Shown: positions 41,236-51,048, counted from the first letter of the stretch. The stretch: DNA of 64,000 bases from an uncultured archaeon (GCA_963817525.1 CAWFOU010000007.1:288001-352000), one strand, 5' to 3'. Notes: generated by a model from the letters alone, not told the origin. Program-made: numbers and translations.

Positions 41236-41484
41236 ATGAAACGGTTAGCGCTGAAAGTCGACTCGAAGGGGAGAATTCAAGTCCCAAAAGAGATCCGAGA
41301 AGAGCTGGGAATAGGAAAAGAAGTCAGCGCGAGAATCGAGGGCGGGACTATGACGATCGAACCGGTCGAGCGCGTCTTCGACAGACTCGCCAGTGAGGTG
41401 AGGTTCAACTTCAAAAGCGTGGCCACGGAGCTGCCCAGGTTGAGAAAGGCCGCCGAAGAGGAGTTGCTCAAACAGGCATCATGA
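41236..41484 (+). CDS. AbrB/MazE/SpoVT antitoxin
   Basis: KVDSKGRIQVPKEIREELGI. Confidence 0.9.
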   Translation: MKRLALKVDSKGRIQVPKEIREELGIGKEVSARIEGGTMTIEPVERVFDRLASEVRFNFKSVATELPRLRKAAEEELLKQAS

Positions 41485-41498
41485 TTCGGTGACCAGGC

Positions 41499-41903
41499 TT
41501 GCTCTTTGAGACTGATGTGTTGCTCGCTGCGCTCAACCCGAACGACCCGCTCAACTCCCCGGCTAGAAAGGTCATGGAACACGACGCCCTCTTGCTATCG
41601 CCATTTTCGTTGCTGGAAGTGAATCTTCTCGCGAGGGCGGGAAAGCTGGAGATTTTGAACTTCAGCGATTTTGCGAGAGACCTGAGCGCATTGTTGGACG
41701 CGAGTTCGATTCGAACCTTGAACGACAGGGCAGAGTACCATTCAGAGGCGCGCCGGTTAGAATCAGAATTCGAGCTGAGCTTCTTCGACAGCCTTCACGG
41801 TGCGGTGTCAAGAGTCCAAAAGGAAATCCTGGTGAGCTTTGACAGGACCTATGACAAACTGAGAAAGGCGGGAGTAAGAAGGCTCGATCCAAAAGAAATC
41901 TGA
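41499..41903 (+). CDS. vapC: PIN-domain VapC toxin
   Basis: FETDVLL, LLEV, SFFDSLH, LVSFDRTY; directly follows the AbrB gene. Confidence 0.88.
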   Translation: MLFETDVLLAALNPNDPLNSPARKVMEHDALLLSPFSLLEVNLLARAGKLEILNFSDFARDLSALLDASSIRTLNDRAEYHSEARRLESEFELSFFDSLHGAVSRVQKEILVSFDRTYDKLRKAGVRRLDPKEI

Positions 41904-41974
41904 AGCTCGTTCGGATTGTTGCAAAGGATATACATCGCTGAGCGCTGAGCGATGAGCTGGTCTAGTGAAGAACC

Positions 41975-42807
41975 GTGATAGGTATTGAACGCTACCAAGG
42001 CGAAGAGGCGAGCGTAAACAGCTATCTCATTTCTGACGCGAGAAACCTGATTGTCGTCGACTTATTGAGAAATAGCGCCGAGGCCAAGAAACTAGCTGAT
42101 CACGTGGCATCCACCGGCAAGAAATTGGACTCAATTTACGTAAGTCATGGTCATCCGGATCACTACATCGGTCTCGGAGTGTTCCAAGCCCGATTCCCAG
42201 ATGTTCCCATCAGGGTAGCGTCACCCAAGATTCGCGAACACATTATTGCTTTCTCCAACTGGATGGACTCGGTTGGATGGCTCAACGCCGAAACAAAAAT
42301 GAAAGTGAAGTCAGAGAAGAACCCCGGAGGCTTTGATTACGCGAATTCGATTGAAGTCCTGGCGAGCCGTTCATGCGACTGCCTCTGGAGCAAGCCAAGA
42401 TTCAAGTCGAGACCGACTATCCCGCGGCAGAATGCGGTCACACGACGACATTAGTAATTCCGGAACAACGCGCTTTTCTGGGATTCGACCTTCTTTACAA
42501 TCGCGTTCATGCTTGGTGCGGCCCTGGGGTTGGGGTGGCTGAAATACAAAATTGGATTCTTACCCTGGATGAGATTATGCGGACTAGGTCTGGTGGAGGC
42601 TGGACGTTTTACTCGGGACATGGGGACAGCGGGGATGAGCAAGTCGTTAGCGGCTTGAAGAGATACCTTCAAGATTTTGTCCGAGTGACCGCGGCTGCAA
42701 AGAGCAGACAGGGAGCGATGGATGAGATGAAGAGGTTCAACCCCGGCTACGCGCAGGAAGACTTCCTCTTGCGATTCAGCGTTGATTTTCACGTGAAAGA
42801 GACGTAA
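41975..42807 (+). CDS. metallo-beta-lactamase-fold hydrolase (frameshift near 42362)
   Basis: SHGHPDHY in 41975..42454; FDLLYNRVH and SGHG in 42373..42807. Confidence 0.8.
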
Positions 42808-42939
42808 GAGAACCCACAGCCGTGGTGAGTTGGATTGGGCTTCGCCCGAGACGCAGGCCTCAACTGAGGTTGTCTGCGAATCTTCCGCTTTGGCTGCCCC
42901 TTCCATCCACCCCTAGCTTCGTGCCAGAAAATGAAGTTC

Positions 42940-43011
42940 CGATGTGTAGAAGTTGACTTCTACACATCGCCTAAATGTCGAAGTTCAGGTAGAAGATAAC
43001 TTCTACCTATC
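42940..43011. repeat. middle att site: glnA 3'-end copy between two palindromes
   Basis: CGATGTGTAGAAGT-TG-ACTTCTACACATCG (42940-42969); CTAAATGTCGAAGTTCAGGTAGAA (42971-42994, 20/24 identical to 55803-55826, encodes FYLNFDI*); AGGTAGAAG-ATAA-CTTCTACCT (42987-43008). Confidence 0.85.
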
Positions 43012-43193
43012 ACAGGTTAGCGTACAAATAAATGCCGAAAGCCTGGCTGTTGGATGATTCGAATGGAATATGTGAAGAAGCTTGTGGACGGGTGGATATC
43101 GGAGATCTACTTCACTTGGGTTCCTGACCGGCCAGATTGGAAGCAGGGCGAGGGTAAGACAGATTGAGAGATTCCTAGTTTGCCTGTCGACAA

Positions 43194-43607
43194 TCATGTC
43201 CACATGTTCTTGTCTTTTATTATCCGCAACAACTCCCTCTCCCGCTTTGTGATTGTCGTGGCGTTTAGGGTTGCGTATGTGTTCGAGCTGAACGTTCTAG
43301 CGTTGATTTCCAAGGGAGACACTTGACGGGGATTCAGAATCCTAGTCCTCTTAGCCGAGTACCGCAAGGTACCCAGCTGGCTATTCTCTCCCCTAGAGAG
43401 AATCGTCATGTTTCCTAACCTCTTAACCACGTCCGCGTGAACAAGCCCATTCTGAGCGAGATACCTATTCCAGGCTGGATTAGGGTGCTGGGGGACCAAA
43501 TGCTCCACCGTTCGCTTGTACTCCCAGGCCCTTCCGAGAGGATTTGCGATCGCGTCGTTAGCCCTCGTCCAAAGGTAGTTGGCTACCCTGGTGCTCACGT
43601 CATTCAT
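43194..43607 (-). CDS. stand-alone HNH domain of DUF1524 (GmrSD C-terminal) type; possibly truncated
   Basis: TVEHLVPQ...RLGNMTILSRGENSQLG...ITKRERELL; starts 2 bp after the HEPN gene stop. Confidence 0.7.
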   Translation of the reverse strand: MNDVSTRVANYLWTRANDAIANPLGRAWEYKRTVEHLVPQHPNPAWNRYLAQNGLVHADVVKRLGNMTILSRGENSQLGTLRYSAKRTRILNPRQVSPLEINARTFSSNTYATLNATTITKRERELLRIIKDKNMWT

Positions 43608-43609
43608 CT

Positions 43610-45061
43610 CTACGACTTGTCAAGCATCTCTATGTACGTCCTTTCATCAGATTGCGAGAGTACCCTGCTGACAATGGAGAGATGAAGATACGTCAAGAGA
43701 ACTGACGCTAAATCTCCAGCATAGCTTTGCCACGCGTGAAGAGCGTGATCGGTAGTCGAAACGGGAGGATGGAATTCATCCCAGCCTTCGCCTCTATGAA
43801 CATGGGCGCTTCGGATGCTGTAGGCGTTGAGAAGGAGGTTTTCAGTGTCGTTCTCATCCACAGCCAAGGACTTGACAAGGTGAACTACCCTTTGGACAAA
43901 GACCTTCAGTCTATCAGACTCCGGAGTGAAGAAAGCTTCGAGAGCCTCGATTATGCGCTGTACCCTTGCCTCAGATGACTCATACGAGTCCAGTATTTCG
44001 ACATATCTGGAATACGCCAATGACAGAGGCGTTTGTCTCCCTTCATGCGGATACAGTCTGGTCGAGTAGTCCCTCGCGACTAGGGTTCTCATCAGGTCCA
44101 AGAACTGCGCATCCGACTTTGAAACCGAAAACGTACCGCGTGCCTCCTGCCATGAGCCGCCCTCCTTCCATTCATACCTGTAGACCGGCTCGGAGGACAG
44201 AGCGGGAAGATACAGTTCGACATGCTGGAAGCCGGTCTTGATGTTCGCATCGCTCTGCACAAGCCAAAGCGCGTGCCTCCAAGAACTCGCCGAACCGAAA
44301 GCTGGGCCAATGAGGAGATCAAATTCCCTCACGGACGAGTACATTCGAACATCAACGAAGTCCCGATAGCCGTACATTTCGTTCAGTTTTCCGGTGACGC
44401 CGCCTGACGCTTCGAGGACGGCCGAATCGTGGTACTCGGAAGGAAAGGGGACGTCCCTGAAAGACCTGTCGGCGAGAGGCTCGAAAACGTCGTGATAGTC
44501 GGACTTGAGGAGTCTGCGGAGAGCAACACCGGGAGAGATCTCAATCGATTCATCTTTGACGCTGATCCCTCTCAAACCGAATCTGGCGACGACTCGAAGA
44601 CTATCCTCCTGGAGGTCCCTCAAGAATCCGTCGACAAGTGGTTGAATATCCACCCAGCGATTCTTCAAAATCGCGGTCTCAATGTAGTATGCAAAGCAGA
44701 CTAGGTAGAGTCGCAGCGTCCCTTCGTCCCTGGACCGATTCTCCGCCTCGACCAGCTGTGAGAGCGCGGTAGTGAACTCAGGCCGATTTCGAATTATATT
44801 GAAAAGGCGCTCGATTTCTGCATCCGAGTAGCCGAGAGCAGGGTGGCCGCTCCAGTTGACTCTTGGAATCACGGTGTCTCCCAAGGTGAAGTCACCGTAA
44901 TAGTTCACGCGGAATAGCATGCCTTTGACCTGGTGAAGTAGCGGAGGCGACAGCCAAGCTTTGACATCGGATACCTCGATGAGCGCGTCGTCAATCAATA
45001 CTCCTACAGCACGTGCCAACTCAGAGAGGGCATCACGAGGAGCCATCTTTTCGGTCATCAT
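43610..45061 (-). CDS. HEPN-domain protein, ApeA/MAE_28990-like putative RNase effector
   Basis: C-terminal ALEAFF...AYSIRSAHVHRG (R-x4-H) after a ~330-aa N-terminal domain. Confidence 0.7.
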   Translation of the reverse strand: MMTEKMAPRDALSELARAVGVLIDDALIEVSDVKAWLSPPLLHQVKGMLFRVNYYGDFTLGDTVIPRVNWSGHPALGYSDAEIERLFNIIRNRPEFTTALSQLVEAENRSRDEGTLRLYLVCFAYYIETAILKNRWVDIQPLVDGFLRDLQEDSLRVVARFGLRGISVKDESIEISPGVALRRLLKSDYHDVFEPLADRSFRDVPFPSEYHDSAVLEASGGVTGKLNEMYGYRDFVDVRMYSSVREFDLLIGPAFGSASSWRHALWLVQSDANIKTGFQHVELYLPALSSEPVYRYEWKEGGSWQEARGTFSVSKSDAQFLDLMRTLVARDYSTRLYPHEGRQTPLSLAYSRYVEILDSYESSEARVQRIIEALEAFFTPESDRLKVFVQRVVHLVKSLAVDENDTENLLLNAYSIRSAHVHRGEGWDEFHPPVSTTDHALHAWQSYAGDLASVLLTYLHLSIVSRVLSQSDERTYIEMLDKS

Positions 45062-45133
45062 TGAGACGCCTCAGAAGATATGCATTAGGCTATGCGCTTT
45101 GGTTCAGCGCCCTTCGGAAGTGAGCCTGCCTGC

Positions 45134-45991
45134 CTACCACTCATATTTTCCGCCACGGGCGAAGTATGCACTCGAGCTGACGATACCCGATAGACCAGAT
45201 TCCAGAACTGCTTCAAACGGGATGTACTTGTACTGATGGTCGCTGTTCTGAATCACGCTGCCGCTAGGTGCGAGCATGAAGTAGGAATCGACCATGTCCT
45301 CACTGGATTCGAAGGTCGGGGGCTGACCTGATTCTAACAGCATTCCGCCGTTGATTCGCCTGAAAGTTTCGAATTCTTCTCTAGTTGGCGCTAGTTCATT
45401 CGGATGCGAGTCGTTCTGACCGTGGATGACCAGCATCTGGAAGACCTTCCACCTGATTGGGCGCAATTCGGCAATCAATGGGCGCATGTCCTCGTCGAAG
45501 TTAAGCTTCGTAACGACGGTGTTGATCTTCAGCTTGACTCTAGCTCTCCTTATCGAAGCGCACGCACGTTTCGCATTCGCTATGTGCCCTCCGCGCCCCC
45601 TTCCTAGGGCCTCTTCTACACCTCCCCTGCCGGAGTCAACCGATACTCCTATCCAGTCGACCCATGGTCTGAGCTCATCCAGCCTTTCGTCTGAAAGAAG
45701 TGATGCGTTGGTGACGATACTGACAGTTAGGCCGGTCTCCTTGGCGAAGGCAGCGAAATCCCTCAAGTTTGGATGCAGCAACGGCTCGCCGCCAACAAAG
45801 TTCAGTTTGGTTATCCCCAACGACTTGAGGCCGGAGATGACGAATCTTCCGCGGTCAAGGTTCGCCTCGGCCTCGGGGAGCTTCTTCATGAAGCAGAATC
45901 TGCACGAGTAGTTGCAACGGTCAGTTAGGTGCCAGTTAGCCGACTCCACTTTGGAGCATTCCGCCTTCTCCGGCCTAGTTACTGAATCCAC
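45134..45991 (-). CDS. prokaryotic viperin (RSAD2-like radical SAM enzyme)
   Basis: SANWHLTDRCNYSCRFCF, KLNFVGGEP, SIVTN, GVSVDS, KINTVV, RWKVFQML...GQN, DMVDSY and C-terminal RGGKYEW, all viperin-type motifs. Confidence 0.9.
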   Translation of the reverse strand: MDSVTRPEKAECSKVESANWHLTDRCNYSCRFCFMKKLPEAEANLDRGRFVISGLKSLGITKLNFVGGEPLLHPNLRDFAAFAKETGLTVSIVTNASLLSDERLDELRPWVDWIGVSVDSGRGGVEEALGRGRGGHIANAKRACASIRRARVKLKINTVVTKLNFDEDMRPLIAELRPIRWKVFQMLVIHGQNDSHPNELAPTREEFETFRRINGGMLLESGQPPTFESSEDMVDSYFMLAPSGSVIQNSDHQYKYIPFEAVLESGLSGIVSSSAYFARGGKYEW

Positions 45992-46057
45992 GGATTGTCT
46001 CCTTGTCGAAAACTATTTAGAATCTGTCATTGAAAGTCAAATGGGAGTTTTTATCAA

Positions 46058-46740
46058 ATGTCGACCCACATAGCCTTGCTGGGGAGAAGCGAGGAGCCGG
46101 TTCTCAAGGGATACCAGCACTACGGCGACATCAGAAGGCTGTACCTTCTTCACAGCCCGGATTCGAGCGATTTCAAGTTCAAGGACCTGGCATCCAGCCT
46201 AAAGACGAAGTTAGAGGCTGTTGGCTTCAAGGCGTAGTGTTAAGGGAGGTGAACGCGTTCGACATGAACGACGTCGTCAACGCCGTAATCCATGTCGTAG
46301 ACCATGAGGATCCGCCATACTTTGTGAACATCACCGGGGGCACAAACCTCATGGCTGGAGCGGCGACCGCTGCCGCATTCTTCATAGGCGCAAGAGCGTA
46401 CTACGTCTCAGGAAAGAGAGGAAGCGACCTGGCCGAGGCACATGTAATCGAGCTGCCCGTCCCGAACATACCCTACTATAGGAGCGTCGACAGGACTCAG
46501 CTTCGAGTCCTGAGAGCCTTAGAGAGCCTTGGAGGAAGGGCCGGCAATCCACGGCTCAAGGAGTCGCTCGGAATTTCCGCCCAGAGTCTTAGTTACCACA
46601 TCAAGGAATTGGTCAAGAAGGGATTGGTGAGCGTCACTCGAGGGCAGGAGGCGAGATCGGATGGTTCGACGGTCGATAACAGGATTGTCTTCGTCGAGAT
46701 CACCAATGCCGGAAAGCTCGTGTCAAGCTGGAGTTCTTGA
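46058..46740 (+). CDS. CARF-domain + winged-HTH transcriptional regulator (Csa3-like); -1 frameshift near 46230
   Basis: ATG 46058 gives MSTHIALLGRSEEPVLKG...LYLLHS...VGFK; next frame gives VNITGGTNLM (CARF motif) and LGISAQSLSYHIKELVKKGLV...ITNAG (wHTH). Confidence 0.8.
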
Positions 46741-46922
46741 ATCGACCGAGCGATCCTAAGGGAGCGGAAGGTCCGGATGCACAGGTTGTCACGATGCGGT
46801 GATGGTCAAAATGAGGGGTTTGCTTAGTAATAAAAAAGGGTGCGGCGCCGTGGGCGGCTGAGCATCATTGGACAGCTTGAAACTGTCGCGACAACGCCGT
46901 GACAGTAGAAGGACAACTTGCG

Positions 46923-48186
46923 TCAAAGCAGTTGGAGAGCCATTTCCAGCGTCTCCTTGCACGCCTTCTTTGCCTGTGGGTCGTTCTCCATCAACATCAA
47001 AGGCGTGGTGAGCCCGCTGAACTCCTTTAACTCCTCCTTCGACACCACCTTCGCCCAGATCCTCCCGTTGGTGAAGTTCAGGACGAACAGGATCAGGGGG
47101 ACGCCCAACTTCAACGCCAGCCGCAACTCCGCGAGCACCTTCCTCCTCGGTATCCACCTCTGCCTCGTCCCGTCCTCCCTTAGCGTGAGGGCCTTGAACG
47201 CGCCGACTCCCCTGGGGTTCCGCGTCCCCGGAGCATAGAAGACGTAATCCGGAGTCCCTTCCTTTATGCTGTTGTCGATCAGCTTCCCAGCTCCACGGAG
47301 GATCTCCTCGCAGAACCTCAGCTGGGCATTGTTGCCCCTCTCCCTGTTCGCCCGCCCGTCCTCCGTGGTGAGTCGCCTGTGCCCTATCGCGATGCCCTCC
47401 TTCTCTGCTGTAGCCACCGCGCCCGCCTCTGCGGTCCCGGCTCTTGCCGAGCTGCCGCCGGGGCTGTCGTCATCAATCCCATCCTCCTCTGGAGCGGAGG
47501 CACCCTCCGCCAGGAGTTCGTCTATTTCATCCTGGAGGATCGAGGCCCTCTCGACGAGCGACTCCAGCTTGTTCGAGACGAGGTAGATCGTCGCCGCGTC
47601 GTTTCGGTGCGCCTCGGCCAACTCCTCGTAGCGGCTGGTTATCTGGCCCATGTCCTTCTTCGTGTGCTCTATCCAGTCGAAGACCGACTCGCTCGACCTC
47701 CTTGTCGCATCGCTCGCCTTCTTCATGGCGTCGAGGGTCTGCGGCGCCTTCTGGTTCCACTGCTCGATGGAGGTCTTCAACGCGTCCGCGATCCCCTCGA
47801 TCTTGCCGAGCTTCTCCCCCATCGGAGCGAGGGTCTCCGCGGTCCGCCTCTCCACGAGCTCCACGGTGTCCACCCTCTCCGACTGGACGCGCCCGGAGTA
47901 CTCGAGCATCGAGTGATAGAGACTCCAAGAGCAGACCCAGACGAAAGCGAGCAGCGCGCTCCAGACGGCTGTGAGGAAGGCCCCTTCGAACGCGGGAACG
48001 TCCTGGCTGACCTGGACGACGAGGACCCCCAGGATTGTCGACCCAATGAGAGAAAGCAGGGAGACCACCGCAGTCGCCTCCCCGTCATGTCTTGCTCCTT
48101 CGCGCTATGTTCGTGAAGCCGTCGAGGATTAGGTAGGCGGCCTCGGACAGGGCGGTCAAGCCCAGGAGCAGGTCAGTGGCGTCCAC
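46923..48186 (-). CDS. membrane-anchored coiled-coil protein with C-terminal PD-(D/E)xK (Hjc-like) domain; probable frameshift near 48090
   Basis: GTG 48186 MDATDLLLGL... joins ORF 46923..48068; 2-3 TM helices, heptad region, NRERGNNAQ...TPDYVF...GAFK. Confidence 0.6.
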
Positions 48187-48394
48187 TGTCTCTCAGGTCC
48201 TCCTCCAACTCAAGAAGCTGCAGCCAGACGCTTAGCTTCCCCACGAACTCGGAGGCAGGGATGGTCTCTTGCTCGCTCTCGAGCACTTTCCGTAGTGTCG
48301 AGTCAGCACTCAGGCTGGTCGTGGCCCATTCCTTGATCTGGCGGATGTTCACGAGTGCAGCAGGCCCATCCTGCAGCGCTAGTTTACCTACCAT
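48173..48394 (-). CDS. small hypothetical protein of the element
   Basis: 73-aa ORF divergent from the HTH gene and overlapping the next gene start. Confidence 0.55.
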   Translation of the reverse strand: MVGKLALQDGPAALVNIRQIKEWATTSLSADSTLRKVLESEQETIPASEFVGKLSVWLQLLELEEDLRDSGRH

Positions 48395-48453
48395 GCTGGT
48401 AGGAAGAGGCCTGCGGCAACCTTATAAGCCTTCCTACGCAGTAGGTAGGCGAG

Positions 48454-49139
48454 ATGCCGGACGTCACGGTCAAGGTCTCGGTCTGGAGTTGCTCGAGAAA
48501 GAGCCCAGGCGCTACTCCGAGTTGGTTCGAGACCTAGGAAGGCCTGACAAGACGGTCTATGTCGCTTTGACGGGGCTGGCCGAGTCGAGATTCATTTTGA
48601 AGGACGAACAAGGCAAGTACGGTCTCACGGACGCGGGAAGGCGTGAGCTCGAGCGGATCAGGTTCGTCAGGGTCGCTGCTGAGGAAGACGACCTCACGAT
48701 CATAACGAACACGCGGTTAGCCATAGCGCTTGGACGGTCCGACGACCTCCTGTTCGACCTTCGCTATCTCCTATCCAGGACGTTCAAGGGCTTGGACGAC
48801 GAAGACAGAAGCAGAGTCAGAGAGAAGCTGGTTGTCATAAGGAACTTGTTGCTGAAGTACAACCCCTCGCTGAAGAGGGAGGAGCTCGAAAGGGGCGAGA
48901 GCAAGGGGACCGAGATCCGCCTCACGGAGCTGCTCAGCGGGGGGATTCTGTGGGAGAAGCGGTTCATAAAGTGGGGGCTGAAAGACCGATACCTGCACCT
49001 TCTCAATCTGGCAAAAGAGCTTCCGGAGGGTCCTGCCAAGGATGAGATATCCGGCTCTCTGGCCTTGTTTAGAGAGGTCGCCGGGAAACTGGATACGAGC
49101 CTAGGAGAGTTGGGTCCTCCGGCTGAGTCCGCCACGTGA
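48454..49139 (+). CDS. winged-HTH DNA-binding protein; frameshift near 48483
   Basis: ATG 48454 MPDVTVKVSV then LELLEKEPRRYSELVRDLGRPDKTVYVALTGL...YGLTDAG; CTTATAAG at 48421-48428. Confidence 0.65.
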
Positions 49140-49256
49140 CAAATCGGGCTTTCGGCAATTGCGGCACATCTCCATCGACTCCAAAAGCAAGGAGTTCGGG
49201 CATTGAGACTTGGCTCATAGCGCTCGGGACGTCTTTTCCACGCTCAGGCGGACTGT

Positions 49257-49303
49257 GCCCAAACTCGAAAGAACCCCCTGTCTACTTGCTAGTTTTGGGC
49301 GCT
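49257..49303. repeat. ~47-bp imperfect hairpin repeat, copy A
   Basis: GCCCAAAC...CTGTCTACTTGCTAGTTTTGGGCGCT; second copy at 51175-51222. Confidence 0.5.
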
Positions 49304-49361
49304 CTTGGTTTGGGCAATACCTTGAATAGAAGAGTGTTCTAGCGCTAAGTGCGGTTCCCCT

Positions 49362-50201
49362 GTGAATCGACGCGGGTTTCCGCTAACTGGGATTGTAATC
49401 TTTCTCTATCTGATAGTCGTAATCCTCCTCCTCACTCAGGACGGCCAGATCGCTTGGAGATGGCTCCCAATCACCTACAGCGCCACGAAGGGTCATATCG
49501 AGATCATCATCACGTATTTGGTCATCCTTGCTTTAGCACTCATCTTCTGCAGGCTCGAAGGAGTTCGCGTTAGACTTGCCCGCCGGGCTGATGCTAAACC
49601 AGCCCTCGCTGTCCTCGCTTCAACGCTCGGAGGGGTGGTAATCTTGGCACTGTTGAATCCTGCCGTGATTTCAGGTTCTGACTATCTAGACGGCGCTCTG
49701 ACAGTCGTTCAACTTGTGGTGGTGGTCGGATGTGTTGAGGAATTCGCCTTCCGTGGTTACATCCAAGGAAAGTTGCTCTTGATCTCTCCGCCCTCAGCGA
49801 CTGGATCGGGGATCCCAAGGGCCGTTTTCATTTCAGCCGCATTCTTCGCGCTGATGCATGCAATCGTCGACTTCCTTAGTTCGCCTGCAACAGCCGTTGA
49901 CGGACTCGTGATTCAGTTCATGGGCGGCCTGTTTTTCGGGCTGATTTACTACATGTCCGGGTCGCTTCTGCTATCAATTCTATCGCATGGGTTCTATGAC
50001 TTAGGAGGGAGCATACTGTCCGGCCGGCAGGAGATCTACTCTGCTCCGCCGTTGGAGACCTTTGTTCTCTATCTGGCGGAATTCCTCATCCCCACCATAA
50101 TCTGCTATTACGCCTATAATCGGACTGCTATCCGAGAGGAGAATTCGAGTCCTGGAGTGACTAGGAATACCGCGAATGGCCTCGGTTCCGAGGTGCCTTA
50201 G
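49362..50201 (+). CDS. CPBP (CAAX/Abi) family intramembrane metalloprotease
   Basis: EEFAFRGY, FALMH, SHGFYD. Confidence 0.88.
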   Translation: MNRRGFPLTGIVIFLYLIVVILLLTQDGQIAWRWLPITYSATKGHIEIIITYLVILALALIFCRLEGVRVRLARRADAKPALAVLASTLGGVVILALLNPAVISGSDYLDGALTVVQLVVVVGCVEEFAFRGYIQGKLLLISPPSATGSGIPRAVFISAAFFALMHAIVDFLSSPATAVDGLVIQFMGGLFFGLIYYMSGSLLLSILSHGFYDLGGSILSGRQEIYSAPPLETFVLYLAEFLIPTIICYYAYNRTAIREENSSPGVTRNTANGLGSEVP

Positions 50202-50319
50202 ATGGAGGGCGGGGCTACCAAGTTTGGACCACTCTGCCTGAATGCGGCAGCGGTTACCTGATGTTCATGGAAGGTCAGAAGGAACTAGAATGCAGTTCTT
50301 GCGCGGCTAAACTCCCCCT

Positions 50320-51048
50320 TCAAGCGCGACTCATTCGTTTCAGTTGCTTGGGATAATGGCCTGCCATCGTAGCAACCAATCCGAGGATAAGGAAGGCAAC
50401 GAGGCCAAGATATGCTTGGGGAAACTCAGGTGCTGTTGTGCTGTTCGCACAGTTGCCAAGAAGATCGCAGTTCGTGGCTTCCCATGCCTGCCAACCCTCC
50501 TTCAGTAGGAATCCTCCTTGTTGGCCGACGTAAGCCGTGATTGATGCCTCTACGGACAGGAGGCAAATCGTGTCGCAGTAGTGGACGGCCACATCGATTA
50601 TGCCGGGGAGGTATTCGATTGCTCCGTCTCCCAGAACGAGAATGGTTATGTCTCCTGCCAGTATCAAAGCGGCTCCTAGGAAGTTGCACGCCGAGTCTGG
50701 ATTGGTGGCATTGACTTCGGCAGAATAAGTCAGGAAGTCGTTGAATGGACCAGTGAGGGTAGTGATCTTGTTCAGGTCGTCGCCGTTCAAGAGGGGGACT
50801 TTCAGCTGCAGAGTTCCATTGATAGCGGGGATGACAGCGTTGATCTCTTGGGCGATTGCCTGTGCTGAGGTGTTGTTGGTGACATTTGTAAGACCGAGCT
50901 GATTAACTTGGCCGGAGAGAGTCAAGGCGAATGGCATGGCTTGCGATGGGCATGACGATGTGGTTTCCTGGCCCTCCGCCTTGGGAGCAGCGGCGGGGAC
51001 CGCGAACGATAGGAGAATCATCGCAGCCAGCACGAGATTAGTTCTCAA
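50320..51048 (-). CDS. secreted Cys-containing protein with PEF-CTERM-like sorting signal
   Basis: Signal peptide; C-terminal APEFP + TM helix + basic tail KQLKR. Confidence 0.7.
   Translation of the reverse strand: MRTNLVLAAMILLSFAVPAAAPKAEGQETTSSCPSQAMPFALTLSGQVNQLGLTNVTNNTSAQAIAQEINAVIPAINGTLQLKVPLLNGDDLNKITTLTGPFNDFLTYSAEVNATNPDSACNFLGAALILAGDITILVLGDGAIEYLPGIIDVAVHYCDTICLLSVEASITAYVGQQGGFLLKEGWQAWEATNCDLLGNCANSTTAPEFPQAYLGLVAFLILGLVATMAGHYPKQLKRMSRA

Larger units (their letters stand above)
41127..42994. mobile_element. 1.85-kb integrase-less element (TA pair + MBL gene) between two att copies
   Basis: Bounded by the 37-nt direct repeats; visibly more AT-rich than the host genes to the left. 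Confidence 0.65.

Noticed and set aside
41131-43011. The 37-nt direct repeat with internal palindrome read as a CRISPR repeat
   Set aside because: The copies are 1.84 kb apart, enclose genes and reproduce the glnA terminal codons; att sites explain them better.
45134-45991. MoaA or another cofactor-biosynthesis radical SAM enzyme
   Set aside because: It lacks the C-terminal twitch/SPASM cysteines and has viperin-type motifs (NWH before CxxxCxxC, RWKVFQ, RGGKY.W).
46225-46237. Programmed -1 frameshift in the CARF regulator
   Set aside because: TTCAAGGCG is not a X-XXY-YYZ slippery heptamer, and similar breaks occur throughout the window.
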